A DNA stretch of 64,000 nucleotides from Candidatus Nomurabacteria bacterium (GCA_037130925.1 JBAXSC010000004.1:4156-68155); one strand, 5' to 3'. Shown: positions 18,671 through 27,801, counted from the first letter of the stretch. The notes: generated from the sequence alone by a model not told the origin. Numbers and translations: made by a program.

Positions 18671-18718
18671 GTAATTAATTCATTATCAACATGCTAAAAT
18701 ATAAATAATATAGCTTTT

Positions 18719-19108
18719 ATGGCAGAACATAATGATATAGGCAAAAAAGGCGAGGAAATAGCATTAAATTACTTAATAAGTAACAACTTTATCTTTGTGG
18801 AACAAAACTACAATTGTAAAGTTGGTGAAATAGATATAATAGTTAAAAAAGGGGATAAAATTTGTTTTGTTGAAGTTAAGACAAAAAGAGTAAAGGACTT
18901 TAAAGAAATAGAGAACATGGCTTTTAGACCAGAATACAATCTCTCTAAAGATAAGAAACGTAAAATGTTAAAAGCTGTTAAGAATTATCTAAACTATAGA
19001 AAAATAGATGAATCTAAAAACAATATAGAAATAATAGGAATAATGGTCTTTATAAATATAGAAATAAAAAAAGCAAAAATTAAAATGTATGAAAATTTAA
19101 TATTGTAA
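18719..19108 (+). CDS. yraN: YraN-family (UPF0102) endonuclease-like protein
   Basis: GEIDIIVKKGDKICFVEVKTK core motif. Confidence 0.8.
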   Translation: MAEHNDIGKKGEEIALNYLISNNFIFVEQNYNCKVGEIDIIVKKGDKICFVEVKTKRVKDFKEIENMAFRPEYNLSKDKKRKMLKAVKNYLNYRKIDESKNNIEIIGIMVFINIEIKKAKIKMYENLIL

Positions 19109-19167
19109 TTAATATTTCTAAAAAATGTATTATAATTATAAATATTCTTAATTAAACTAAAAATAAA

Positions 19168-20289
19168 ATGATAAAATTTATAAAAGCATTAATAAAACAC
19201 TTTAAGACAATTTCTTTTATTTTCGGATTTAGTATAGATCTTTTCTTTTTACCAAAAGTAACATCTCCTTTATATATCTGGGTAGGACCTTTTGATATCG
19301 CTTTAGTCTTTGTTCTTATTCTAATAAGACAAATAATAAGAAAAGCCCTCAAAAAAAGAGATAAAAAATATAAAGAAGAAGTAAAACTTGCAGAACAAAA
19401 GGGAACAGAAGTTTCTCGTGAAACTATAAATGAAAAAACTAGCGCTCATAAACTATTTGAAAGAATGAATAACTGGGTCACATATATCGTTTCATTCTTC
19501 TTAGGAACACTTTTATCACATGTATTGGTATATTACTTTAGAAGTTCTGACATTTTACAAATGTGGCCAATATTTGCAATAATAATACTTGCGATACTTG
19601 CTAATGAATTCTTATTTGGAGTAGTACCTGATATTTTATTATTCTTTATAGCTACTACATTTTTTGTAATATTCAATGTTCCTATATTCTTAAACAAAGT
19701 AAACAGTAATACTTTTTTGATCTCAATACTAGTATCTGTAATTTTTACTTCTATAATGACCGTAATACTTCAAAGAATATATCTTTCTGGAAAAGAGTTT
19801 ATATTACTTATACTTTTTTCATGCATATTCCCATTTGTATTATTAAGACTGTATTATATTAACTATATTCCTGCTGTACCTTTAGCTTTAGGGGATTCTG
19901 GCTTTTATTCTTATGTCTCAAAAGATAACACTTCTAATAAGACAGACTATATAAGACAAAGTAATGGACTTGTAGAGAATAAAAAATTCTTTTATTTGAA
20001 AGATGACTATTATAATTTCACAAACATAAAAGACAATGGCTTTTATTTCTTCTCAAGTATTATTTCTCCAGCAAATGTCACAGCAGAGATAACGCATGTC
20101 TGGGAAAAGTATGATTATAATAAAAAAGTATGGGTAGAATACAATAGAATTCATTATTCTGTATCAGGAGGAAGAGATGATGGATATAGAGGATATTCAT
20201 TTATTCAAAATATATCTGAAGGGGAGTGGAGGGTTAGAGTTTTGGCTGATGATAGACTTGTCGGATTAAAAAAGATAACAGTTAAATAA
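19168..20289 (+). CDS. Polytopic membrane protein with a DUF2914-like C-terminal domain
   Basis: Multiple TM helices. The C-terminus is ...VSGGRDDGYRGYSFIQNISEGEWRVRVLADDRLVG. Confidence 0.5.
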   Translation: MIKFIKALIKHFKTISFIFGFSIDLFFLPKVTSPLYIWVGPFDIALVFVLILIRQIIRKALKKRDKKYKEEVKLAEQKGTEVSRETINEKTSAHKLFERMNNWVTYIVSFFLGTLLSHVLVYYFRSSDILQMWPIFAIIILAILANEFLFGVVPDILLFFIATTFFVIFNVPIFLNKVNSNTFLISILVSVIFTSIMTVILQRIYLSGKEFILLILFSCIFPFVLLRLYYINYIPAVPLALGDSGFYSYVSKDNTSNKTDYIRQSNGLVENKKFFYLKDDYYNFTNIKDNGFYFFSSIISPANVTAEITHVWEKYDYNKKVWVEYNRIHYSVSGGRDDGYRGYSFIQNISEGEWRVRVLADDRLVGLKKITVK

Positions 20290-20371
20290 CTTTACAATTT
20301 AAATTTAATAATTGGAAAATAAATCATTTTATGATAAAATGATTTTACTTTAATAGTTTTATTAAAGTATT

Positions 20372-20450
20372 CAGAGTGTAGTTTAATGGCTAACATGGAC
20401 TGGTTTTGCAAAGTAAACAGTCAGCGACTAGTCGCTAATCAACATTCTGA
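20372..20450 (+). ncRNA. tRNA-like RNA / divergent paralogue of the adjacent tRNA-Pro
   Basis: The 5' half is ~85% identical to tRNA-Pro. The acceptor stem CAGAGTG/CATTCTG is kept by a compensatory G-C to A-T change. There is a 5-bp GACTG/CAGTC stem with a 15-nt loop. The T arm is replaced by an AGCGA-ctag-TCGCT hairpin. Confidence 0.5.
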
Positions 20451-20467
20451 ATTAAAATTAAATAATT

Positions 20468-20540
20468 CGGAGTGTAGTGTAACGGCTAACATTCTGGTTT
20501 TGGGTACCAGCGACTCAGGGTTCGAATCCCTGCACTCCGA
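20468..20540 (+). tRNA. tRNA-Pro (TGG)
   Basis: Cloverleaf with acceptor CGGAGTG/CACTCCG, anticodon loop ttTGGgt and T-loop GTTCGAATC. No CCA is encoded. Confidence 0.9.
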
Positions 20541-20561
20541 CAAAAACCTGTTAACAAAAAT

Positions 20562-20825
20562 ATGAATATAAAAGATTTTGATTTTATTATAGATGTAAGA
20601 TCTTCTGAAGAGTTTCATATGAAACATATACCAGAAAGTATAAATGTTTCACTTGATAAAATTGCAAATAATTTTAATGAAACAGAATTATCAAAAATAG
20701 ATAAAAATAAAAAGATTTTATTAGTTTGTGAAAGTGGAGGAAGAGCTGCTTTAGCTAAAGAAATTCTAGAAGAAAAAGGATTTAATAATTTAGAAAATGG
20801 TGGACCTTGGAAAAATTGGAAATAA
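20562..20825 (+). CDS. Single-domain rhodanese-like sulfurtransferase
   Basis: 87 aa with the active-site loop CESGGRA. Confidence 0.75.
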   Translation: MNIKDFDFIIDVRSSEEFHMKHIPESINVSLDKIANNFNETELSKIDKNKKILLVCESGGRAALAKEILEEKGFNNLENGGPWKNWK

Positions 20826-20905
20826 TAATACTTGATAAATATAATAGATTTATAATATATACAGTTTTCTAAAAATAAATCTCAAACAATAAAAACATTT
20901 TAAAA

Positions 20906-21250
20906 ATGAAAAAGTTATTTGTATTAGCGTTGTTAGTAATTTCACTATTAAGTTTCAATACCCAAACAAAAGCACAGTTTTGGGACATTGATTATGTTGA
21001 AAAGGTGGTCTCCCGCAGACCTCCTGGTGTAACTAACTGGGTAGAGCTTGCAAGAATGGCTCAAAGACCATACGACCCTGATAATTTTGTAGTAGCTTGT
21101 ATGAAAGCTGGAGTCGAAGGATATATTGCATTATTTCTAATGTTAATTTTAGTTTCAATATTTATAGTACCAATAATTTGCATATTAACTTTAGAATTAC
21201 TAGATATATTGAATAAAATAGGAATAATAAAATATAAAATTGAAATCTAG
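20906..21250 (+). CDS. Hypothetical secreted/membrane protein
   Basis: Signal peptide plus C-terminal TM helices. Confidence 0.45.
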   Translation: MKKLFVLALLVISLLSFNTQTKAQFWDIDYVEKVVSRRPPGVTNWVELARMAQRPYDPDNFVVACMKAGVEGYIALFLMLILVSIFIVPIICILTLELLDILNKIGIIKYKIEI

Positions 21251-21362
21251 TAAAATTACCCCACATAAACCCTTTATTAAAGTATATAAATACAAGATAA
21301 AGGGTTTATTTTTTTATTAATTAAATATCTTTGAAAATAAATTTATATTTGTTATTATATCT

Positions 21363-21652
21363 ATCTCTTCCTCAAATGATCGCAATCTTTAACTTATTTT
21401 AAAGATTGAGGAAAGTCGGAACACATACACTGAGCTTGTCGAAGTGTTAAAATGATAGCGGGTAACGCCCGTCCGCCGTGAGGCGAGAGTTGCGAACAGT
21501 GACGAACCGATTTAGTTCGGATGAAACGGCAAAATACTTATCTGTGTGCAAGGCCGTGCTTCAAAAATTTTGAAGAGTGCCGCTTGAGAGTATTAGTAAT
21601 AATATTCCTAGATAAATGATCATATAAACAGAATTCCGCTTATGAGAAGAGA
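21363..21652 (+). ncRNA. rnpB: RNase P RNA (bacterial type A, compact)
   Basis: GAGGAAAGTCGGAAC (P4 5' strand), GGGTAACGCCCGTCC and ACAGAATTCCGCTTA (P4 3' strand). The terminal P1 helix pairs CTCTTC with GAGAAGAG. Confidence 0.9.
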
Positions 21653-21755
21653 AAATGAAAAGTCGCTCCCTTAAAGGTGTGATTTTTCATTTTTAAATAA
21701 AAATTTATTTATAGATTTTGTAAAAGTAAAATTTTATGATAATATATTAACTAAT

Positions 21756-21826
21756 GCGGTGTTGGTTTAGTGGTAGAATACCTGCCTTCCAAGCAGGGGA
21801 CAAGAGTTCGATTCTCTTACGCCGCA
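21756..21826 (+). tRNA. tRNA-Gly (TCC)
   Basis: Cloverleaf with anticodon loop ctTCCaa. No CCA is encoded. Confidence 0.9.
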
Positions 21827-21871
21827 CAAAATAATTCTTAATTCTTCAAATATTTGGTATCATATTTAAAA

Positions 21872-21943
21872 GCCTCCATGGTGAAATGGATATCACATCG
21901 GTCTTCGGAACCGCTGTTCTGGGTTCGAATCCTGGTGGGGGCA
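21872..21943 (+). tRNA. tRNA-Arg (TCG)
   Basis: Cloverleaf with anticodon loop ctTCGga and T-loop GTTCGAATC. There are several G-U pairs. No CCA is encoded. Confidence 0.85.
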
Positions 21944-22004
21944 CAAATAAAAAATACTGGTGTATAATATTGTTATTAAAAGTTTGGATAACTAAAAATA
22001 ATTT

Positions 22005-22400
22005 ATGTCATTTATAACAAATATTGAAAAACAAAGTTTAGAAAATACAAATTTTAGAACCGTATTATATACTTCTAAATTTATGCAAATTGTTGTCATG
22101 AATATTTCTGTTAATGAAGATATCGGAATGGAAATTCATCATATTGATCAATTTATTAGAATTGAAAAAGGAAATGCAAAATCTATTTTAAATGGAGTTG
22201 AGAGAGATTTAATAGATGGTGATGTTGTAGTTATTACAGCTGGTACAGAACACAATATAGTAAACACAGGGAATGAAGATCTTAAACTTTATACTGTTTA
22301 TGCAACACCTAATCACAAAAAAGGAACTACACATGTAACAAAAGCAGACGCAATAGCAGATGAAGAAAATGATGTATTTGATGGACAAATCGACGCATAA
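22005..22400 (+). CDS. Cupin domain protein
   Basis: 131 aa. HHIDQFIRIEKG...VVVITAGTEHNIVNTG is a cupin two-motif pattern. The stop overlaps the next start (TAATG). Confidence 0.6.
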   Translation: MSFITNIEKQSLENTNFRTVLYTSKFMQIVVMNISVNEDIGMEIHHIDQFIRIEKGNAKSILNGVERDLIDGDVVVITAGTEHNIVNTGNEDLKLYTVYATPNHKKGTTHVTKADAIADEENDVFDGQIDA

Positions 22401-23896
22401 TGAAAACAGAAATAGAAAATATACTTAATATAAATAAAATTCCAAAAGATGTAATTTGGGTGTGTGAAGAATTATCTAAAAATAATTTTGAAAGCTACCT
22501 TGTCGGAGGATGCGTGCGTGACATGATTATTGATAGAGAACCAAACGACTTTGATATAACAACAAATGCAAAACCAGAAGAAATAGTAAAAATCTTTGGA
22601 ATAGATGACACTGTTTATGAAAATAAATTTGGAACAGTAAGAGTAAAAATCAGAAACGAAAATCAAGAAACAGAAAAAATAATCGAAGTCACAACTTACA
22701 GAACAGAAGGTGACTATGAAGATTTTCGTCATCCAACAAAAGTGGAATGGGGGACAACAATAGAGCAAGATTTAGAAAGAAGAGATTTTACAATTAATGC
22801 TATAGCTTTTGATCCTATAAAAAATAATTTAGTTGATCCATTTAATGGACAAGAAGATATAAAAATAAAAACTATAAAATGTGTAGGGGATTCAGAAAAA
22901 AGATTTAATGAAGACGCTCTTCGTATGCTTCGTGCTATCAGATTTTCAGCACAATTAAATTATGTAATTTCTAGTGAAACATTTTCTGCAATTTTTAAAC
23001 TTTCAAATAATTTAGAAAAAATTTCAAAAGAAAGAATCAGAGATGAATTTTCAAAAATCATAATGTCAGATGAGCCAATGCAAGCTCTCGTCATTTCACA
23101 AAAGCTCGGACTTTTAAAATATATTTCAGAAGAATTAGAATCTTGTGTTGGGGTATCACAAAACGGACATCATACTTATGATGTATTCGAGCATTTACTC
23201 AGATCACTAAATCATGCAGCAGAAAAACAATATGATTTTGAAACTAGAATAGCTGCATTATTTCATGATATAGGGAAACCAAAAACAAAAAGATTTGATC
23301 AAAATAAAAACGACAATACTTTTTATGGTCACGAAGTCGTCGGAGAAAAAATGACAAGAAAAATTTTAGAAAGATTAAAATTTGAAAAAAGCTTTATTGA
23401 AAAAGTTTCTAAACTTGTTCGTTGGCATATGTTTTTCTCTGATACAGAACAAATCACATTATCTTCTGTGAGAAGATTAATAGTTAACATCGGAAAAGAA
23501 AATATTTGGGATCTTGTAAATATAAGAATCTGCGACAGAATAGGATCTGGCACAAAAAAAGAAGAACCATACAGATTAAGACAATTTGAATCAATGATAG
23601 AGGAGGCACTAGTTGATCCAATATCTCTAAAAACTTTAAAAATAAATGGAGAAAAAATAATGGAAATATTAAATGAAAAACCAGGAAGAAAAATCGGATT
23701 AATATTAAACGCGTTATTTGAAGAAGCTATAGATGACGGAAATAAAAATAATGAAGAATATTTAAAAGACAGAACTCTAGAATTAAATAAATTAGATATA
23801 AAAGAAATAGAAGAGTTGGCAAATTCTGGAAAAGAAAAAATGAAAGACGAAAACGAAAAACAAAAAGAAGAAATAAAGAAAAAGTTTAGAGTATAA
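22400..23896 (+). CDS. cca: CCA-adding enzyme / tRNA nucleotidyltransferase with HD domain
   Basis: GGCVRD...DFDITT nucleotidyltransferase motifs, RDFTINA, and HD motifs HTYDVFEH and FHDIGKP. Confidence 0.85.
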   Translation: MKTEIENILNINKIPKDVIWVCEELSKNNFESYLVGGCVRDMIIDREPNDFDITTNAKPEEIVKIFGIDDTVYENKFGTVRVKIRNENQETEKIIEVTTYRTEGDYEDFRHPTKVEWGTTIEQDLERRDFTINAIAFDPIKNNLVDPFNGQEDIKIKTIKCVGDSEKRFNEDALRMLRAIRFSAQLNYVISSETFSAIFKLSNNLEKISKERIRDEFSKIIMSDEPMQALVISQKLGLLKYISEELESCVGVSQNGHHTYDVFEHLLRSLNHAAEKQYDFETRIAALFHDIGKPKTKRFDQNKNDNTFYGHEVVGEKMTRKILERLKFEKSFIEKVSKLVRWHMFFSDTEQITLSSVRRLIVNIGKENIWDLVNIRICDRIGSGTKKEEPYRLRQFESMIEEALVDPISLKTLKINGEKIMEILNEKPGRKIGLILNALFEEAIDDGNKNNEEYLKDRTLELNKLDIKEIEELANSGKEKMKDENEKQKEEIKKKFRV

Positions 23897-23955
23897 AATA
23901 AAAAAATGAAACATATAAAATTGTTTCATTTTTTTTAATTTTTTACCAAAACTAA

Positions 23956-24168
23956 CTACGGTTTCACGTTTTCTATAACTTTCTGTACTTTTTTAGATTT
24001 TAAAAAAAAGTATATAAAAAGTCTAGTACTTAAAAACCCTAAAATCCAATTTGTAAAGAATGAATGAAATGGGGAAATTGTATCTATCACAGCCCCAAGA
24101 TAAAAACCGACTAAAATAGATATAAATATCCACACAAATTCAAGAGTAATCCTTTTTTCTTTTTTCAT
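23956..24168 (-). CDS. Small membrane protein, hypothetical
   Basis: 70 aa with two TM helices. Confidence 0.35.
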   Translation of the reverse strand: MKKEKRITLEFVWIFISILVGFYLGAVIDTISPFHSFFTNWILGFLSTRLFIYFFLKSKKVQKVIENVKP

Positions 24169-24259
24169 AAAAACAATTTAAAAATTAAAACTTAACAAAG
24201 AATAACAAATATAAATACTTTGTCAAGTATTAGCTTTTACTGATATAATCCTTCTTATT

Positions 24260-25903
24260 ATGAATATCACCCCATTACAAAAAAGAATTTTAGAAATAAA
24301 AAATATTGATTTAGAAAATAAAGAAAGTTTAGAAAAATTTTTAAATCCAAAATGGGACAAAGATATTTTTCCTAGTGAAAATATAAAAGACATCAATAAA
24401 GCAATAGAGAGAATTAAAAAAGCTGTAGATGAAAATCAAAAAATAGTAATCTTTGCAGACTATGATTGTGACGGAATACCTGGAGCTGTAGTTTTACATG
24501 ATTTTTTTAAAAAAATAAATTATCAAAATTTTATAGTTTATATACCTCATAGACACAATGAAGGATACGGATTAAATAAAATAGCTATAGAAAAATTTAT
24601 TAAAGACAAAGTTTCTCTAATGATCACTGTTGATATTGGTATCACAAATTTAGAAGAAATAAAATTCGCGGAAGAAAACAATATTAATGTAATATTAACA
24701 GATCATCATCTTCCTATATTAAAGGAAAAAGGTGAGCAAATTTTACCAAACGCTTTTGCTATTATAAACACAAAGCAAAGTGACGATATTTATGAGGAAA
24801 AATATTTATGTGGATGTTCTACAGCATGGAAATTGGTAAATGCTTTTTTAAATAAATACAGAAAAGATTTTAATATTATGGAAGGTTGGGAAAAGTGGCT
24901 ACTAGACATGGTCGCTATTTCTACTATTGCAGATCTTGTACCATTAAAAAATGAAAATAGGTTACTAGCAAAATACGGATTAGAAGTATTAAAGAAATCA
25001 AAAAGACCAGGACTACAAAAAATATTATCAAATGCAAAAATAACTCAAAAAAATATTAATGAAGATGATATAGCTTTTGGTATAGCACCAAGAATAAATT
25101 CAGCCTCAAGAATGGCAGAGCCTCTAGAGGCATTCCATGCTCTATTAATGAATGAAGAATCAATAGACCTTGCAAACAAATTAGAAAAATTTAATAACAA
25201 TAGAAAAATAGAAACTAAAGAGGCAGTAGAAAGTGTAATATTAGAAGATTTAAAAGACAGAAAAATAGTTTTTATAGGGGATGAAAAATGGGGACCAGGA
25301 ATACTAGGATTAATAGCTGCAAAAATTTGTGAGGGGATAGGGAGAACATGCTTTGTCTGGGGAATGGGCGAAGATGAAAATATAATGAAAGGCAGTGTGA
25401 GAATAGGGAAGGATGATGTGAACGTGGTAGAAATAATGACAAAGGGTAGGGAGTATCTAGAAAATTTTGGTGGACATGAAGCAGCGGGAGGATTTGCAAT
25501 ACATAAAGATAATCTAAAAAATTTTGAAAATTATTTAAAAGAATTTGAAAAAAATATAGAAACAAAAGAAATCACAGAAAATATTAATTCAACAAAAGAG
25601 ATATCTATACAAATAGAAGAAATAAATAAAAACACTTTTAATGAAATAAAAATCTTTGCACCGTTTGGTATAGAAAATGAAAAGCCTTTATTTAAATTAA
25701 AACTAGATAAAGAAAATCAAATAAAATCTAAAAGATTTGGAAAGAATGAAGAACACTTGGAAATAAGTATCGGAAAAATCAGAGGAATAGAATTTTTTGT
25801 TAACGAAAAAAGAGAAAAAGAATTATTATCTAAAAAAGAATTCTTAATAAATATAGAATGGGATACTTATAGAGGGGATATAGTCTTAAAATTTATTAAA
25901 TAA
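24260..25903 (+). CDS. recJ: Single-stranded-DNA-specific exonuclease RecJ
   Basis: DHH family motifs DYDCDGI, TVDIG, TDHH and GGHEAAGG. Confidence 0.9.
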   Translation: MNITPLQKRILEIKNIDLENKESLEKFLNPKWDKDIFPSENIKDINKAIERIKKAVDENQKIVIFADYDCDGIPGAVVLHDFFKKINYQNFIVYIPHRHNEGYGLNKIAIEKFIKDKVSLMITVDIGITNLEEIKFAEENNINVILTDHHLPILKEKGEQILPNAFAIINTKQSDDIYEEKYLCGCSTAWKLVNAFLNKYRKDFNIMEGWEKWLLDMVAISTIADLVPLKNENRLLAKYGLEVLKKSKRPGLQKILSNAKITQKNINEDDIAFGIAPRINSASRMAEPLEAFHALLMNEESIDLANKLEKFNNNRKIETKEAVESVILEDLKDRKIVFIGDEKWGPGILGLIAAKICEGIGRTCFVWGMGEDENIMKGSVRIGKDDVNVVEIMTKGREYLENFGGHEAAGGFAIHKDNLKNFENYLKEFEKNIETKEITENINSTKEISIQIEEINKNTFNEIKIFAPFGIENEKPLFKLKLDKENQIKSKRFGKNEEHLEISIGKIRGIEFFVNEKREKELLSKKEFLINIEWDTYRGDIVLKFIK

Positions 25904-25973
25904 TAACCTTGACTCTAATAAACAAATATGAGATACTCCCTCCTATCAAATCATTTTTAAAAATTTATTTTAT

Positions 25974-26207
25974 ATGAGAAAAGTTCTTTTGTTTGGGTTA
26001 ATGCCATTTTTTATAGTATCAGCATGTAATACAAAAACATATCTGATACAAAATAATGGGAAAAAGAAGATTGTTAAAGTAAAAAATCTTCCTAAAACGT
26101 CTAAGTTGGGCAGTTATCAAAAAATAATCCTAGAAGACAATACAAAAAACGACTACGTCTTCATTGGTAATTATTGTTACAACTGTGATTCTGTTCTAAT
26201 TAAATAG
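25974..26207 (+). CDS. Small lipoprotein, hypothetical
   Basis: Lipobox-like FIVSAC signal. Confidence 0.4.
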   Translation: MRKVLLFGLMPFFIVSACNTKTYLIQNNGKKKIVKVKNLPKTSKLGSYQKIILEDNTKNDYVFIGNYCYNCDSVLIK

Positions 26208-26264
26208 AAACTAATCACAAAAATTCTTTAAAAGATGTCAAAATAACGACATCTTTTTTACTTA

Positions 26265-26273
26265 TGTTAAAAT
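26265..26273 (+). promoter_or_regulatory. Extended -10 (TGtTAAAAT) placed 6 nt before the ATG (leaderless geometry)
   Basis: TG at 26265-26266, hexamer at 26268-26273, ATG at 26280. A terminator lies just upstream (26233-26259). Confidence 0.55.
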
Positions 26274-26279
26274 AGTTTT

Positions 26280-26780
26280 ATGAAAATAACATTTTATACT
26301 GATGGAGCGAGTCGTGGAAACCCGGGACCAGGAGGATGGGGGATATATATAGAAGTAGAGAAAGACAAGCTTTTTACAACTAAATTATCCGGAGGAGAGG
26401 AAATGACAACAAACAATAGAATGGAGCTGAGGGCTACAATAGAAGCTTTTAAATACCTAAAGAAAAACTTAATAAAGATATTAGAAAATGAATCTGTTCA
26501 CATAAAAATAAAAACAGACTCACAATATGTAAAAAATGGAATAACTCTCTGGATAAAAAACTGGGAAAAGAATAATTGGCGAGGTTCAAATAAAAAAGAG
26601 GTTGTAAGTAAAGACCTATGGCAAGAATTATTAAAATTAAAAAATGAAATTAGTGAAAAATTATTAGAAAAGAAATTACCAGAAATAAAATTTGAATATG
26701 TTGCAGGCCACGCAGGAATAACCGGAAACGAAATAGCGGACACGTTAGCAACAACAGAGGCAGACAAATTTAAAAAATAA
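26280..26780 (+). CDS. rnhA: Ribonuclease HI
   Basis: YTDGASRGNPGPGGWG, TNNRMEL, TDSQYV and HAGITGNEIAD. Confidence 0.9.
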   Translation: MKITFYTDGASRGNPGPGGWGIYIEVEKDKLFTTKLSGGEEMTTNNRMELRATIEAFKYLKKNLIKILENESVHIKIKTDSQYVKNGITLWIKNWEKNNWRGSNKKEVVSKDLWQELLKLKNEISEKLLEKKLPEIKFEYVAGHAGITGNEIADTLATTEADKFKK

Positions 26781-26827
26781 AATATTTTCATAATATAGAT
26801 AAAAATTTTATCTATATTATTTTTTTA

Positions 26828-26836
26828 TGATAAAAT
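26828..26836 (+). promoter_or_regulatory. Extended -10 (TGaTAAAAT) placed 6 nt before the ATG (leaderless geometry)
   Basis: Hexamer at 26831-26836, ATG at 26843. Confidence 0.55.
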
Positions 26837-26842
26837 GTTTGC

Positions 26843-27796
26843 ATGTCAAAATTAAAATTACCAATAATTATAAGTAATTGGAAAAGTAATCCGAAAAATT
26901 TATTAGAAGCAAAAACTATTTTGCAAAAACTTGATAAAGAATTTACCTCTTTACAGAAAAAAGAAAAAAAGAAAAAAAGTATTGATTTATTATTAGCGGT
27001 CCCGTCACCATTCATTTATCCTATACAAAGTTTTTTGAAAGAAAAAAGAAACTCAAAATTAAAAAACATTTTAATAGGAGCACAAAATTTTGATAACACA
27101 GAAAGATCGGACATAAATAATAGTATCTCTCTTACTCAATTAAAAAGTGTTGGCACACAATTTGTAATATTAAATGACGCAGACATAATGTCTGAAAATG
27201 AAAATTTAAAAAATATTTCGGAAAAGAAAGAAGACAGAAATCCTAACAAATTTGAAGCAAATAGGATATTACTAGAAAGAATAAATGGGGTCAGTACAAA
27301 AACAGAAGAAATAAAACAAGAAAATAAACCTAAAGACCCCATAAAATCGAATCCATTAATAATGAAGAAGCTTGAAAGACTTGAAGAAAAAATAAGAGCA
27401 ACATTAGAAAATGGAGTAATAGCAATATTTTTTATAAAAGAAGATAATTTAGAAAACTTTAAAAACATTTCTGAAATAATTAAAAAGACAATAAAAAATA
27501 TTCACTACAATCTCTTTGATAAACTTATAATATGTTATGAACCAAGCAGAGAATTCTTTAAAGTAGAGCAGACAGATATGGAAGACTGTATAGAAAAAAC
27601 AATAGCGATCAGAAGAAGTATTGCAAATATGTTTGGGATAGATAGTGCGAAAAAAGTAAAAATACTTTACAGTGGAAAAATAAACGAAAACAATGTAAAG
27701 GAAATTTTAAAAAATGGAGGGGTGGATGGAATATTTATAAATGAAGAATCTATTTCACCAGAAGTTTTAGCAAAAGTAATTTATACAGCAAAATAA
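26843..27796 (+). CDS. Triosephosphate-isomerase-like protein, divergent, with an insertion and missing catalytic/phosphate-binding motifs
   Basis: SNWKSNP, IGAQNF and CYEP match TIM landmarks. However, GHSERR is replaced by LNDADI, WAIGTG by SREFFK, YGGS by YSGK and LVGGASL by FINEESI. There is a ~70-aa Lys/Glu-rich insertion. Confidence 0.6.
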   Translation: MSKLKLPIIISNWKSNPKNLLEAKTILQKLDKEFTSLQKKEKKKKSIDLLLAVPSPFIYPIQSFLKEKRNSKLKNILIGAQNFDNTERSDINNSISLTQLKSVGTQFVILNDADIMSENENLKNISEKKEDRNPNKFEANRILLERINGVSTKTEEIKQENKPKDPIKSNPLIMKKLERLEEKIRATLENGVIAIFFIKEDNLENFKNISEIIKKTIKNIHYNLFDKLIICYEPSREFFKVEQTDMEDCIEKTIAIRRSIANMFGIDSAKKVKILYSGKINENNVKEILKNGGVDGIFINEESISPEVLAKVIYTAK

Positions 27797-27801
27797 AAAA
27801 T

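Noticed and set aside
20439-20627. Track ORF 20439-20627 (-)
   Set aside because: It overlaps tRNA-Pro and the start of the rhodanese gene, so it is spurious.
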